DNA from: Candidatus Obscuribacterales bacterium
GTDB lineage: Bacteria; Cyanobacteriota; Vampirovibrionia; Obscuribacterales; Obscuribacteraceae
Assembly: GCA_965228855.1 (NCBI GenBank)
Contig: CBDDIJ010000002.1
Location: 1,152,001 to 1,216,000, forward strand
DNA length: 64,000 nt
Reading direction: 5' to 3'
In this document: positions 10,601 through 18,713 of the stretch, one piece after another
Numbering within the stretch: the stretch's first letter is position 1
How the letters are laid out: each line of letters begins with the position of its first letter
The notes under the pieces: generated by a model
The model's database searches: none
The model's input: only the letters and a program-made list of their open reading frames with translations
Told to the model about the DNA's origin: nothing
Position numbers and translations under genes: made by a program

Positions 10601-10739
10601 CACTATCACCGGAAGCGGATTCAAGGCCAAAAAGGGAGCATATTTGAGCATCGGAAATTCAGATATCCGGATTAATAACGGGCTCAAGGCCGGCTCATTG
10701 TCGTTTGGCAAGAATGCTGGAGCTATCACCGGACTATAG
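7659..10739 (+). CDS. Large secreted haemagglutinin-like (probable beta-helical) protein, 1026 aa
   Basis: N-terminal signal peptide (…PAWA), Gly/Asn/Thr/Ser-rich FHA-like repeats (LTLDAAGNLTNDGAI); homologous to 48009..56318. Confidence 0.75.
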   Translation: MKIQTRRAFALGLATLALPFVSTCCPAWAGSDDRLNFREFRDLNPELDKQVARQMFREFRQNDGPRNSGLQHAAIVVPSFNSSAPDVAATVSIVQSRKRDRFLETPRVRHQSLQSLNNSVVRLENGVNLDLTSSERNIVLGRNLFNQDVDSITIKIGNETKTVAAGNQVTAAEYVAVKQVLSGGNQSLDLGKNGAAIGGSVDLAALTDGNAVMRASALTVASGVTAYGDFGKGSDFKLAGNLNNFGSVETFSSNSRNDGAIRADDINNYRGATISSTTNLTLDAAGNLTNDGAIVSLQGLSLTAGGEIRNSGTVSSVSHLNLESSSIVNRGLLQSVSGDVNLDADPTIQMTVVNSRGTISAANGAINVRAADYAGSADSTVFGGDLLSRELNLHAGNGLAEVNVGKLTGVLNETGKAAHVFASTDVLNLGNICLTGDPTYYNSLGDINITANMAADEALVIIAAGNITVANGVNIAARNDTRGFNITFIAGADIEPVTGSNSPTLPPLTDTSGEVILSGKASKTGGSIVFDGANVVTSRSVAGGGAENAGNIWFYAFAGKNDNSGSVDLGDDSVDIVQILAGGRQGGSGGFVTVVAGGERAINMGTGVVDTNGGVGGGLTIITAQPVSSDKKLDIRYFADGSLDPAGAWLINGDKFTKNAVANVGNFIGESIDVIATNINVTGALVADSTLEFFADSNITFAPGATPIEVSTASLTAGGNIGTRTEFVQFGASLDSITTQSVQTYIEVTAGSNPLMAGGSAGESYSLRASTRPVDALNLGYSPIYSFDVLKLNSLSFSSFTQIIHEFSLRTHSTDTLFGAFTNIERVSVDAEGAIGTLLNPFVTTDVETVDLRSRTGAVFYEKNGDKTKTSLRANAATHLGVEANGSLNVTEAYVLNGDANIFGNGGTLSIGIVEATAQVTVAHDGEKAKLILNPDARIFGKSGVTDAAPVTISLGPTSSTVIPASSIKNLTVAESGVGDDTITGSGFKAKKGAYLSIGNSDIRINNGLKAGSLSFGKNAGAITGL

Positions 10740-10759
10740 GATGCAATTCTGTGGCCCTT

Positions 10760-11662
10760 TTAAACCGAATACAGGAGCCTAAACGTATTCAGATCTCGCT
10801 TCGATAAATTGAGAAGCGGCGATTTCCAATACATGAGATCTGTCGCGTGAGGCGAGTGTCCGTCGAGACCGAAGGCGTGACCGGCTTCGTGAATGGCAAG
10901 TGCTCGCAGCGCTCTTAACTGCGCTTCCTCGTATTGAGTGGAGTCGGGGCTATGCATCGAAATTCGGATGGTTGCCGTTTGGAGCTGGGGCTCTCCCGTA
11001 TCGTCGACGGCGTCTTCGAATGCCGTGTGACCGCCGGCACTGCCTAAGCCGTCCGACACACGCGTCACAAAAATATCTGCTTCGTCGGCGGATGTTCCCT
11101 TGACCCACTGCAGGCAGTTTTCGCCCGCAGTCCAGGCGTGAAAACCATCCAGAATAATCTCGCTCAGTGTGGTATCAAACCCGGTGTCATCACTATTGTC
11201 GACGGTGATCTTAAGCGGCATCTTTGCGTCACTCCATCTGCGTTTTGTGATGAAGTCCAGGTAATGTTCGTCGTTGACGTTTGCGGTTTCCCACAGTGAA
11301 AGATAGTCGTTGACTCCCCAGAGGAGTCCGGCAAAACCTTCTACCGCCGGATCCTCAGGGTAATCGGTGCAGAAGTGATGATACATTGCCGCGGTTTTCT
11401 TGAATAGAACAATCGCGCGTTTTGTGTTCCCCGCGAGATCGTAGGCAAGCGCCATATCGTACGTAAATGCGATGAGCAGCGGAATCCCTGTATCGAGCGT
11501 CTCGAAGAGTTTATTCGCTTGCTCGAATAAACCGATAGCGCGTTCAAACTCGAGTGCATCCCGCGTTCTCATCGCGCTTTCGTAAAGCGCAACGGCGTTC
11601 GTGAAGTCTTCTTGTGAATCGGACAGAACTGTGATCCTCGCTAGTGTCGAAGATGGTAGCAT
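10760..11662 (-). CDS. Matrixin-type (metzincin) zinc metalloprotease with N-terminal TPR-like helices
   Basis: HEAGHAFGLDGHS zinc motif, Met-turn DLMY, LSKRD..T...LY ending. Confidence 0.85.
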   Translation of the reverse strand: MLPSSTLARITVLSDSQEDFTNAVALYESAMRTRDALEFERAIGLFEQANKLFETLDTGIPLLIAFTYDMALAYDLAGNTKRAIVLFKKTAAMYHHFCTDYPEDPAVEGFAGLLWGVNDYLSLWETANVNDEHYLDFITKRRWSDAKMPLKITVDNSDDTGFDTTLSEIILDGFHAWTAGENCLQWVKGTSADEADIFVTRVSDGLGSAGGHTAFEDAVDDTGEPQLQTATIRISMHSPDSTQYEEAQLRALRALAIHEAGHAFGLDGHSPHATDLMYWKSPLLNLSKRDLNTFRLLYSV

Positions 11663-11735
11663 TTTTATAAAATCGAAAGTGATTGGAAAGAATAAAACAT
11701 ATAACCTTAAGTCAGGGATTGCGTGAGTTCGGACT

Positions 11736-12404
11736 ATGCGTGTTTTGCTTGTAGAAGATGACGAGTACTTGCTGTCAGCGCTGCTGCTCGCTTTGAAGCA
11801 TAAAGGGTATGCGGTCGACAGCGTGCAGAACGGTGTGGACGCGCAAGCGGCGCTAATGACCGTGCCTTACGATCTGGTCTTGCTGGATCTGGGCTTGCCG
11901 GGCATGGACGGCACTAAGGTACTGGCCGACCTGCGCTCCAAGGGGCAGAATATGCCCGTGATTATTATGACCGCGCGTGATGGAGTCGACGACCGAATTC
12001 ACGGTCTGGACATTGGCGCCAATGATTATCTGGTTAAACCTTTTGATATTCGCGAACTCGAAGCTCGCATGCGCGCTGCGTTGCGGAAGAGTCACTGGAG
12101 CAACAAGCTCGATATCGAAATGGGCGAGTTGGTTTTAAACACAAACAGTGGTCGTATTTTGCTAAAGGACAAGCAACTTGATTTGACTCCTAAGGAGACG
12201 GTGATTTTGAAGATGCTCATGGCCAAAGGCGGTCAGGTCGTCAGCAAGCGTCAATTGATGGAACAGTTGTCGGACTGGGTGGAAGAGTCAAGCGAGAACG
12301 CCGTTGAAATTCTCGTACATAGACTGCGCAAGAAGCTCGAACCGACAGGTGTTCTCATAAGCACCGTTAGAGGCTTTGGATATAAATTAGAGCAGAGCGC
12401 ATGA
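11736..12404 (+). CDS. OmpR-family response regulator (QseB/TctD-like)
   Basis: MRVLLVEDD, LLDLGLPGMDG, GANDYLVKPF, NAVEILVHRLRKKL, TVRGFGY. Confidence 0.93.
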   Translation: MRVLLVEDDEYLLSALLLALKHKGYAVDSVQNGVDAQAALMTVPYDLVLLDLGLPGMDGTKVLADLRSKGQNMPVIIMTARDGVDDRIHGLDIGANDYLVKPFDIRELEARMRAALRKSHWSNKLDIEMGELVLNTNSGRILLKDKQLDLTPKETVILKMLMAKGGQVVSKRQLMEQLSDWVEESSENAVEILVHRLRKKLEPTGVLISTVRGFGYKLEQSA

Positions 12405-13774
12405 GAGCTTCGATTCGGAAACAGCTATTGACGCTGTTCATGCCGTTTTTGTTCGGTCTGTGGATCTGCAGTGCGATTGTCAGTTATTACCTGGTCTCGT
12501 CGTTTGCGCAGGAGTCTTTTAACCGGGACTTGATCAACTCTGCCGACTCCGTGGTCGCACGTCTCAAGCGGCAACCGGACGGTGCCATATCAATCGACCT
12601 TCCGCCTGCCGCGCAAGCCATTCTCAAGCGTGCTGAGTCTGACAAAATTTACTATCGAGTTCTGTCGGACAAAGGCGTAAGAATTTCAGGCGACGCAGTT
12701 CTGCCCGATCCGCTAGAACATCACGAGTTGGAGACGCCCTCTCTACGGACGTCTTCGATTGGTGGGCTGGATATCGTTATCGCTGAAATAGAAACCGACG
12801 TTGACGGCGTCAGTGTAATTGTGCAAGTCGCGGAAACCACCAATGTGCGAAAACGCTTCATGGATAACATGCTTCTGAGCATTGCCGGTCCGCAGTTTTT
12901 CGTCATCGCGATGGGGCTTTGCGCTGTCTGGTACGGTGTCGCCAAAATTCTGACGCCGTTGCGACTGCTTCAGCGGCAGCTCGGAAGCCGCACTACGTCA
13001 GACTTGAGTTCACTATCAGACGATGGTGTTCCAGAAGAAGTCTTGCCTCTCGTAAATGCGATAAACAAACTTTTGAGTCGTTTGCGTGAGGAGATTAAGG
13101 CACATCAACGGTTTATTGCAAACGCTGCACACCAGCTGCGGACGCCGCTTGCCGGGTTGAAAACCTATTCGAGTATCGGGACGGAAATGTCCGATCCAAA
13201 AGACATGAAGCATATTATCCACGAAGTCGATCAGGGTTTGGACCGGGCTACCCGCATGGTTACTCAGTTGCTGGCGCTCGCGCGCGCTGATGGAAATGAG
13301 CAGGCAAAATCGCCCGTTCATTCTCAAATCGACATGAACTTCGTGGTTTCCGATGTGACGGCGGAGCTCATCGAGCAGGCCGTGCGGAAAGACCTTGAAC
13401 TGGTGTACGAATCGTGTTCGGAGCCTGCCATCATATATGGTGAGCCAACAGGTTTGCGTCATTTAGTCACCAATCTTGTGGAGAACGCGATCGCATATAC
13501 TCCCGCTGGAGGCTCCGTTCAGGTGAAAGTGCGCGCGGATTCGGGCGTCGTTCTGTCTGTTCTCGATTCAGGCAACGGTATACCGGAAGAAGAGCGCGAT
13601 AAGGTCTTCGAGCGCTTCTACCGAGTAGTGGGCACAAAGGGTGAGGGCAGCGGTTTGGGTTTGTCAATAGTAAAAGAAGTTGCTAATGCGCATAATGCCC
13701 GCATCTCGATCGCTGATGGGTTGGGTGTTTCGGGGACTTCGATTACTGTGGAATTTTCGCCGAATGGCAACTAG
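12401..13774 (+). CDS. Membrane sensor histidine kinase (TctE/QseC-like)
   Basis: Two TM segments, periplasmic DLPPAA..IL...D.IYYRV, AHQLRTPL, NLVENAIAYT, GSGLGLSIV; ATGA overlap with regulator. Confidence 0.93.
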   Translation: MRASIRKQLLTLFMPFLFGLWICSAIVSYYLVSSFAQESFNRDLINSADSVVARLKRQPDGAISIDLPPAAQAILKRAESDKIYYRVLSDKGVRISGDAVLPDPLEHHELETPSLRTSSIGGLDIVIAEIETDVDGVSVIVQVAETTNVRKRFMDNMLLSIAGPQFFVIAMGLCAVWYGVAKILTPLRLLQRQLGSRTTSDLSSLSDDGVPEEVLPLVNAINKLLSRLREEIKAHQRFIANAAHQLRTPLAGLKTYSSIGTEMSDPKDMKHIIHEVDQGLDRATRMVTQLLALARADGNEQAKSPVHSQIDMNFVVSDVTAELIEQAVRKDLELVYESCSEPAIIYGEPTGLRHLVTNLVENAIAYTPAGGSVQVKVRADSGVVLSVLDSGNGIPEEERDKVFERFYRVVGTKGEGSGLGLSIVKEVANAHNARISIADGLGVSGTSITVEFSPNGN

Positions 13775-14019
13775 TCTTACGAAAGCATTTTGTAAGGTCT
13801 AATTGAAGATAATAAGTCAGGGAGAACTCGAGGTGTTCTGTTCGTCTCCTTCTCGCCGAACTGTCAGTTGCTAGGCAAAGCCGAGAGTCTCCCTAAAGCT
13901 AAGGTTTTTATCGAAAACACCAGCAAGGTGCGCCGGAAAATCCGAAAGGGTATCTGGCGCACCGAGCATATTCGAGTGCTGGTATCGTTTACTTCGAAAT
14001 ATTTGGAAAGGACCTGAAC

Positions 14020-14280
14020 ATGATTACTAAAAAACAGATCGCTACGACCATGGCACTATGCGCCTTCCTGCTTTCTGCATGCGGCGGTGGGGCTCCTGAG
14101 ACTCCTGCAACTGAAACGCCTGCGGCAACGGACACCAGTGCCGAAACCGACGCAGAGACCACCACGGAGACCACCGAAGAATCGGTAGAGAAGACCGAAG
14201 ATGCGAGCGCCGAGGAGCCTGCAGAAGAGACCAAAGTCGAAACTAAGAAGACGACTAAAACAACAAAGAAGAAGCACTAA
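14020..14280 (+). CDS. Small disordered Thr/Glu-rich lipoprotein
   Basis: Lipobox LSAC after hydrophobic stretch; SD AAGGA; acidic body, basic tail. Confidence 0.75.
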   Translation: MITKKQIATTMALCAFLLSACGGGAPETPATETPAATDTSAETDAETTTETTEESVEKTEDASAEEPAEETKVETKKTTKTTKKKH

Positions 14281-14297
14281 TAGTAGAGCTTGGCGGT

Positions 14298-15440
14298 TTA
14301 AACCTGCTCTTTGTTTGAAACTTTCTCTTTCTCCTCTTGCGACTTAACGGTCGCGCCATCGGAATCACTTTTCTCCACAGTTTGTTTCGCGGAACCGGCT
14401 TCACTTCTCGTACCTGAGGTGGAGCTGGCTTCCGTTTCAGCGTTCGTTAAAGATTCTGCTGTGGCGCTCGCCGTCGCAGCGGTGGCTGAAACGTTGTTGC
14501 CTTCAGGTCTCGAGGACAGTGAGTCGGGTGTCGCTATGCTGGTCGCCGCAGGAGTCGCGGTCTCGATTGCGGGTTCTGTTATCGACTTGGGCAGTCTGAG
14601 GTTGTGCTTCTCTTGCTCGCGGGCGATGTAGTCCATCCACTTGACGAAAACCAGAACGGTGACGATTGCGCCGGCATTCCAGAGGACAAACTCATTGCTG
14701 CTCATCATCAGACGCGAGCCCGGACGCCACATTGAAATATGATTACTGATATTACCGATGGTGCCATAAAGACCGGCTAGCGCCATGACCGAAAAAGCCA
14801 ATTTCCACTTTTCCGCTCGGGGCCTGGTTTTGAACATGTAAAAACCGCCACCTATGTTTAAAACAATTTGCGCGGCAATGAAAAATGGAATCCACAGTGG
14901 AAATGTCGCTCCATTAGGCAAGTAACGTGAGTTGATCATCAGGACGGCAAAGATGACGACCGGCGTCGCGATTACGAGCGGAGTGATGGATCGCAAGGTA
15001 CTGAGCTTCGGTCCGGAATCCGCGAGCGATTCTTCGGAAACCTCGATTTTCGACCGTTTGATACGATAAAAGGATAGCGTCAAGGCGATCGCGAAAACGT
15101 TAATCAAGCCAACGACGAGGAAATCCGACGCCAATATTTTTGATGAAACCAGATATGTCGCCTGGTGGAAAATATTGCTGAGGACGCCGAAAGCCGAATA
15201 ACAGCAGATCTGAACGCCGATTATCTGAAGTTGGCGCTGCCGGCCGGTACCCATGTAGAAAAACATGACTGCGCCCGCCAGGAAGACTAATTGGAGCGCG
15301 ATTGCGAGGACCGGGTTGATAAAAATGGGCAGCTGGAGTTTGTATGGCGCATACATGATTACCGGCACGGCCGCTGCGAGGACCAGGAGCGAGCCTATTG
15401 ACGGTTTCCAGTGTGTTTCGTAGACGGTCTTAGCAACCAT
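14298..15440 (-). CDS. Polytopic membrane protein (~8 TM) with disordered C-terminal tail
   Basis: Multiple hydrophobic segments then Ala/Thr/Ser/Glu-rich tail; start uncertain (ORF open to 15560). Confidence 0.7.
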   Translation of the reverse strand: MVAKTVYETHWKPSIGSLLVLAAAVPVIMYAPYKLQLPIFINPVLAIALQLVFLAGAVMFFYMGTGRQRQLQIIGVQICCYSAFGVLSNIFHQATYLVSSKILASDFLVVGLINVFAIALTLSFYRIKRSKIEVSEESLADSGPKLSTLRSITPLVIATPVVIFAVLMINSRYLPNGATFPLWIPFFIAAQIVLNIGGGFYMFKTRPRAEKWKLAFSVMALAGLYGTIGNISNHISMWRPGSRLMMSSNEFVLWNAGAIVTVLVFVKWMDYIAREQEKHNLRLPKSITEPAIETATPAATSIATPDSLSSRPEGNNVSATAATASATAESLTNAETEASSTSGTRSEAGSAKQTVEKSDSDGATVKSQEEKEKVSNKEQV

Positions 15441-15634
15441 TCTTCTATACCAGTTAGCTAATTGAACTATACCCGCCGCCCTGCGCGTGTAGCGACCGAT
15501 ATTCATTATCGGCAGCTGTTCATGGGACTCTAAAGGTCCGGAGTTGGCGCATTTGAGCATTGTTTGTATATTGGTAAAGGCAAAACCTTCACGATAATGT
15601 TAAATTACGCGGTCGGCAGCACGAAATTAGTCGA

Positions 15635-17383
15635 ATGGCGGACGAGACGACTATGGACCCGGAAAAGGTCAGTGAGTGGAATGAGCACATTCAGACGGCG
15701 GAGCGAGCTCAGCGCGCCGCCAAGTACGATTACGCCGAAGCGACCTGGATGCTGGCGGTCGAAGAGGCTGAGTCGTTTGGCACTCGCGATGCCCGGCTCG
15801 CTTATAGCTTAGAGAAGTTGACCGAATGTCTCTGGTTTCAAGGGCGGCTCGAAGAGGCGCTTCACTACGGCGCTCGCGGGCTGCAAATTTACGAGGCCGC
15901 TCTGGGGACGAGCCACAATGACGTAGGTTCTATGGCTTACAACGTGGCGATGATTTACCACATGCTCAGCTATTTCGATGAGGCTGAGAAGCATTACAAG
16001 CGCGCCCTGGCAATCAAGACGGGCACGCTTGGCGCCAAGCACCCGGATGTCGTGAAGGTCTTGAGTTCGTTCGCGGATTTGCTGGTCAAACTGGGACGGG
16101 AAGAAGAGGCAAGTCAGTTGCGCGCCACTGAGAAGGTCGTAACGGCGGCAAACTGGAGCCAGACTAACTCCGGGCGAGACGTGGGCGGGCAGGCTCTCGG
16201 CTTTGCGCAATCGCTGGGGGCGGTGTCCGGCAGCTATCCACCCTACCGGCCGGGGGCGGCAGTCTCCGGCTCGTATCCGCCTGTCCCTCCGCCCGGTGCT
16301 GTGTCGGGCGCTAACCCGCAGGTCTCCGGAGTCGCTTCCGGCGCGTATCCTCCGGTGCAGGGCGCGGTCTCCGGTGCTCACCCTCCGGTGCAAGCTCGGT
16401 CGAATGCGGACTCAGGGGTCTATCCGCAACCGGTTGTAGAAGGTCCGGTCAAGCCTGCGCACTCATCTTTGATAAAACAGATCAGGCGCGCCAGCGCAGA
16501 CAGCCCGTATGCACAGGGTATTCAGCCGCCACCTGGCGGTCTGGGAGCGCCAGGCTCCGCCGAAGGTTCGACTGTTTCGACCGGTGCTGCTGCCGCGGCG
16601 CCGGCCGCCCCGTCGACCTGGTATTCCAATGCCGCGACAGACAAATACCTGGCAAAAAGTGCGAGACTGGCGTTGCCGATTTCCGGTCACTACGGCAGAA
16701 CGTGGGAGGACCTGAAACGCCACGCTGAAGCTGGGCTTGCTGAAGGAAACCTGGTGCAAGCCGAAGGTGCCTGGAGAGAGGCGATGCCGCTTGCAAAAGG
16801 CGACAATCCCGACAACCCTTCGTATTGCTATGTGTTGGAAACGCTTGGCGAGGTCTATCTTCGCTTGAAAAATTACGAGCGTGCCGAGGATTGTCTTTGC
16901 ACCGCATACGGTATCAAGAAGCGAGTACTCGGCGATGAGCATGGCGCGGTCGCCGGTGGAGCGAGTAACCTGGCCAGGCTGTTTTACGTTATTCACCAGT
17001 TCGCCGAAGCTGAGGAGTATTCGCACGAGGCGGTCAAGATTCAGGAAAAACTGTTGGGTCCGAACAGCATCGAAGCTGCAACCGCTATGCACAATCTCGC
17101 CACTGTGTATCATGTGCAAAAGAAATACGCACAAGCAGAGCCGTTTTACGAACGAGCAATGAAGATCAAACAGCTGCAACTGGGCGGCGACCATCCTGAT
17201 ACTGTGCGGATTTTGAAAAGTTACGCCGCGCTTTTGCGCTCAACGCACCGCGAAGAACAGGCTGATATGTTGGATAACTGCGTCACCGGCATGATCAGTG
17301 GACGTTGGCGCGCGGTAGAGATCAAGCCGAAGGACACGCCGGAAGAAGGTTGGTGGAAGCAAGATCTGTTTGGTGACGAATAG
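15635..17383 (+). CDS. Tetratricopeptide repeat protein with two TPR blocks and a Pro/Gly-rich linker
   Basis: KLC-type TPRs (AEKHYKRALAIK..TLGAKHPDV; AEPFYERAMKIK..QLGGDHPDT). Confidence 0.88.
   Translation: MADETTMDPEKVSEWNEHIQTAERAQRAAKYDYAEATWMLAVEEAESFGTRDARLAYSLEKLTECLWFQGRLEEALHYGARGLQIYEAALGTSHNDVGSMAYNVAMIYHMLSYFDEAEKHYKRALAIKTGTLGAKHPDVVKVLSSFADLLVKLGREEEASQLRATEKVVTAANWSQTNSGRDVGGQALGFAQSLGAVSGSYPPYRPGAAVSGSYPPVPPPGAVSGANPQVSGVASGAYPPVQGAVSGAHPPVQARSNADSGVYPQPVVEGPVKPAHSSLIKQIRRASADSPYAQGIQPPPGGLGAPGSAEGSTVSTGAAAAAPAAPSTWYSNAATDKYLAKSARLALPISGHYGRTWEDLKRHAEAGLAEGNLVQAEGAWREAMPLAKGDNPDNPSYCYVLETLGEVYLRLKNYERAEDCLCTAYGIKKRVLGDEHGAVAGGASNLARLFYVIHQFAEAEEYSHEAVKIQEKLLGPNSIEAATAMHNLATVYHVQKKYAQAEPFYERAMKIKQLQLGGDHPDTVRILKSYAALLRSTHREEQADMLDNCVTGMISGRWRAVEIKPKDTPEEGWWKQDLFGDE
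16217..16429 (+). repeat. Six degenerate coding repeats xxxSGx(Y/H/N)P(P/Q) within TPR protein linker
   Basis: GAVSGSYPP, AAVSGSYPP, GAVSGANPQ, GVASGAYPP, GAVSGAHPP, NADSGVYPQ. Confidence 0.8.
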
Positions 17384-17384
17384 C

Positions 17385-18062
17385 CTAATCAGGCTTGCCG
17401 TGATTTCGGATTATTGAAACAACGATGGCGACAGCGGCTAAACCAAGCGCTGCCAGAGAAATCGTCCAGACGATATTGACGAAGCCGTGGACGGCCGGCG
17501 ATCGGGTCTGATCCAGATGTGACGCTGTCGCGCGTTTTGGTTCCACTTCAAATGATTTGAAGAACTCTGCGACATTCGGTTTATCCTCACCCGCGTTTGC
17601 GTAAAGGTTGTAGACGACATCGTCCGTATCGGCGATTGCCACGAGCAATGTCAGAACGACGCGATCAGATGTTTTAAACACAACGCGCTTGCCGTGCCAG
17701 CCTTTGCCTTTTACAGGAGTGATGTCTTTTGATACCTGCTTATCTTCTTTACTGGTGAACTTCGCTTCGGCTGCGGAAATTATCTGTTGGGTGATGTTGT
17801 CGTGAGAGGCGGGCTTCTTGTCCTTGTCGACGTAAATCCCGTCTGCAAGAGCATATGCGACCTTTTCGTCGTCTATCTGTTGGTATATTTTGGTTGTTTG
17901 CCCCATGAAGTTTTCGTACTTTTCATGCAGCTTGGCAGGCATGAGGACTCTAAAATCTTGCGCGGGAGAAACAAATTCTTTCCAGCCGTCAGGCGTTTGA
18001 GCAAACGCCGTAAGCGTCGCGAGGGCGAAAAGCACAACCAGCGTAGACAGTGTTTTTAGCAT
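17385..18062 (-). CDS. Exported hypothetical protein with C-terminal membrane anchor
   Basis: Signal peptide MLKTLSTLVVLFALATLTAFA; W.EF.SP...F.V.MP motif; C-terminal TM helix. Confidence 0.7.
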   Translation of the reverse strand: MLKTLSTLVVLFALATLTAFAQTPDGWKEFVSPAQDFRVLMPAKLHEKYENFMGQTTKIYQQIDDEKVAYALADGIYVDKDKKPASHDNITQQIISAAEAKFTSKEDKQVSKDITPVKGKGWHGKRVVFKTSDRVVLTLLVAIADTDDVVYNLYANAGEDKPNVAEFFKSFEVEPKRATASHLDQTRSPAVHGFVNIVWTISLAALGLAAVAIVVSIIRNHGKPD

Positions 18063-18191
18063 GTAGGCGTAGTCTATCACGAGCGCAATTCTTAGGGTTA
18101 TACAAAGGGTCGAACGTATTGCCGTTCGAGGTAATAGAATAGTCGAGATCAAAACGGCGGCGTTGTTCGGCACGGCGAACTGGAGGCTGGA

Positions 18192-18713
18192 ATGGGCAGA
18201 CTATCGACACTAAACTTCAAGCAGTGGATTGATGAAAATCGGCACCTATTGAAGCCGCCGGTGGGCAACAAGCTGATCTGGGAAGAGCGCGAATTTATCG
18301 TGATGGTCGTGGGCGGACCCAACTCTCGCACCGATTATCACGTCAATCAGGGTGAAGAGTTTTTCTATCAAGTTGAGGGCGACATTGTTCTCAAAGTTAT
18401 TGATGAGGGAAAGCCGGTCGACATCAACATTCGCCAGGGTGACATATTCCTTCTGCCGGGTGGCGTGCCGCACTCACCGCAACGTCCGGCAAACACCGTC
18501 GGTCTCGTGATCGAGCGGAAGAGGCTGCCTGACGAGAAAGACGGTTTCGAGTGGTACTGCGATAAGTGTGGGACAAAGCTCTACGAAGAGTATTTCGAAT
18601 TGACCAATATCGTCACTCAGTTCCAGCCTATTTTTGAACGTTTCTACAGCAACGAAGAAAATTGCACTTGCAAAAATTGCGGTCAGCGTATGCAAAAGCC
18701 GGAGAAAAAGTAG
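18192..18713 (+). CDS. nbaC: 3-hydroxyanthranilate 3,4-dioxygenase
   Basis: LKPPVGNK, VGGPNSRTDYH, EEFFYQ, PHSPQR, GLVIERKR, CxxC...CxxC rubredoxin-like site. Confidence 0.96.
   Translation: MGRLSTLNFKQWIDENRHLLKPPVGNKLIWEEREFIVMVVGGPNSRTDYHVNQGEEFFYQVEGDIVLKVIDEGKPVDINIRQGDIFLLPGGVPHSPQRPANTVGLVIERKRLPDEKDGFEWYCDKCGTKLYEEYFELTNIVTQFQPIFERFYSNEENCTCKNCGQRMQKPEKK

Noticed and set aside
13870..13910. GCAAAGCC...CTAA resembling part of a c-di-GMP-I riboswitch
   Set aside because: The preceding GGCAAAC-GNRA-GGAC P1/P2 elements are absent; kept only as an unclassified structured leader
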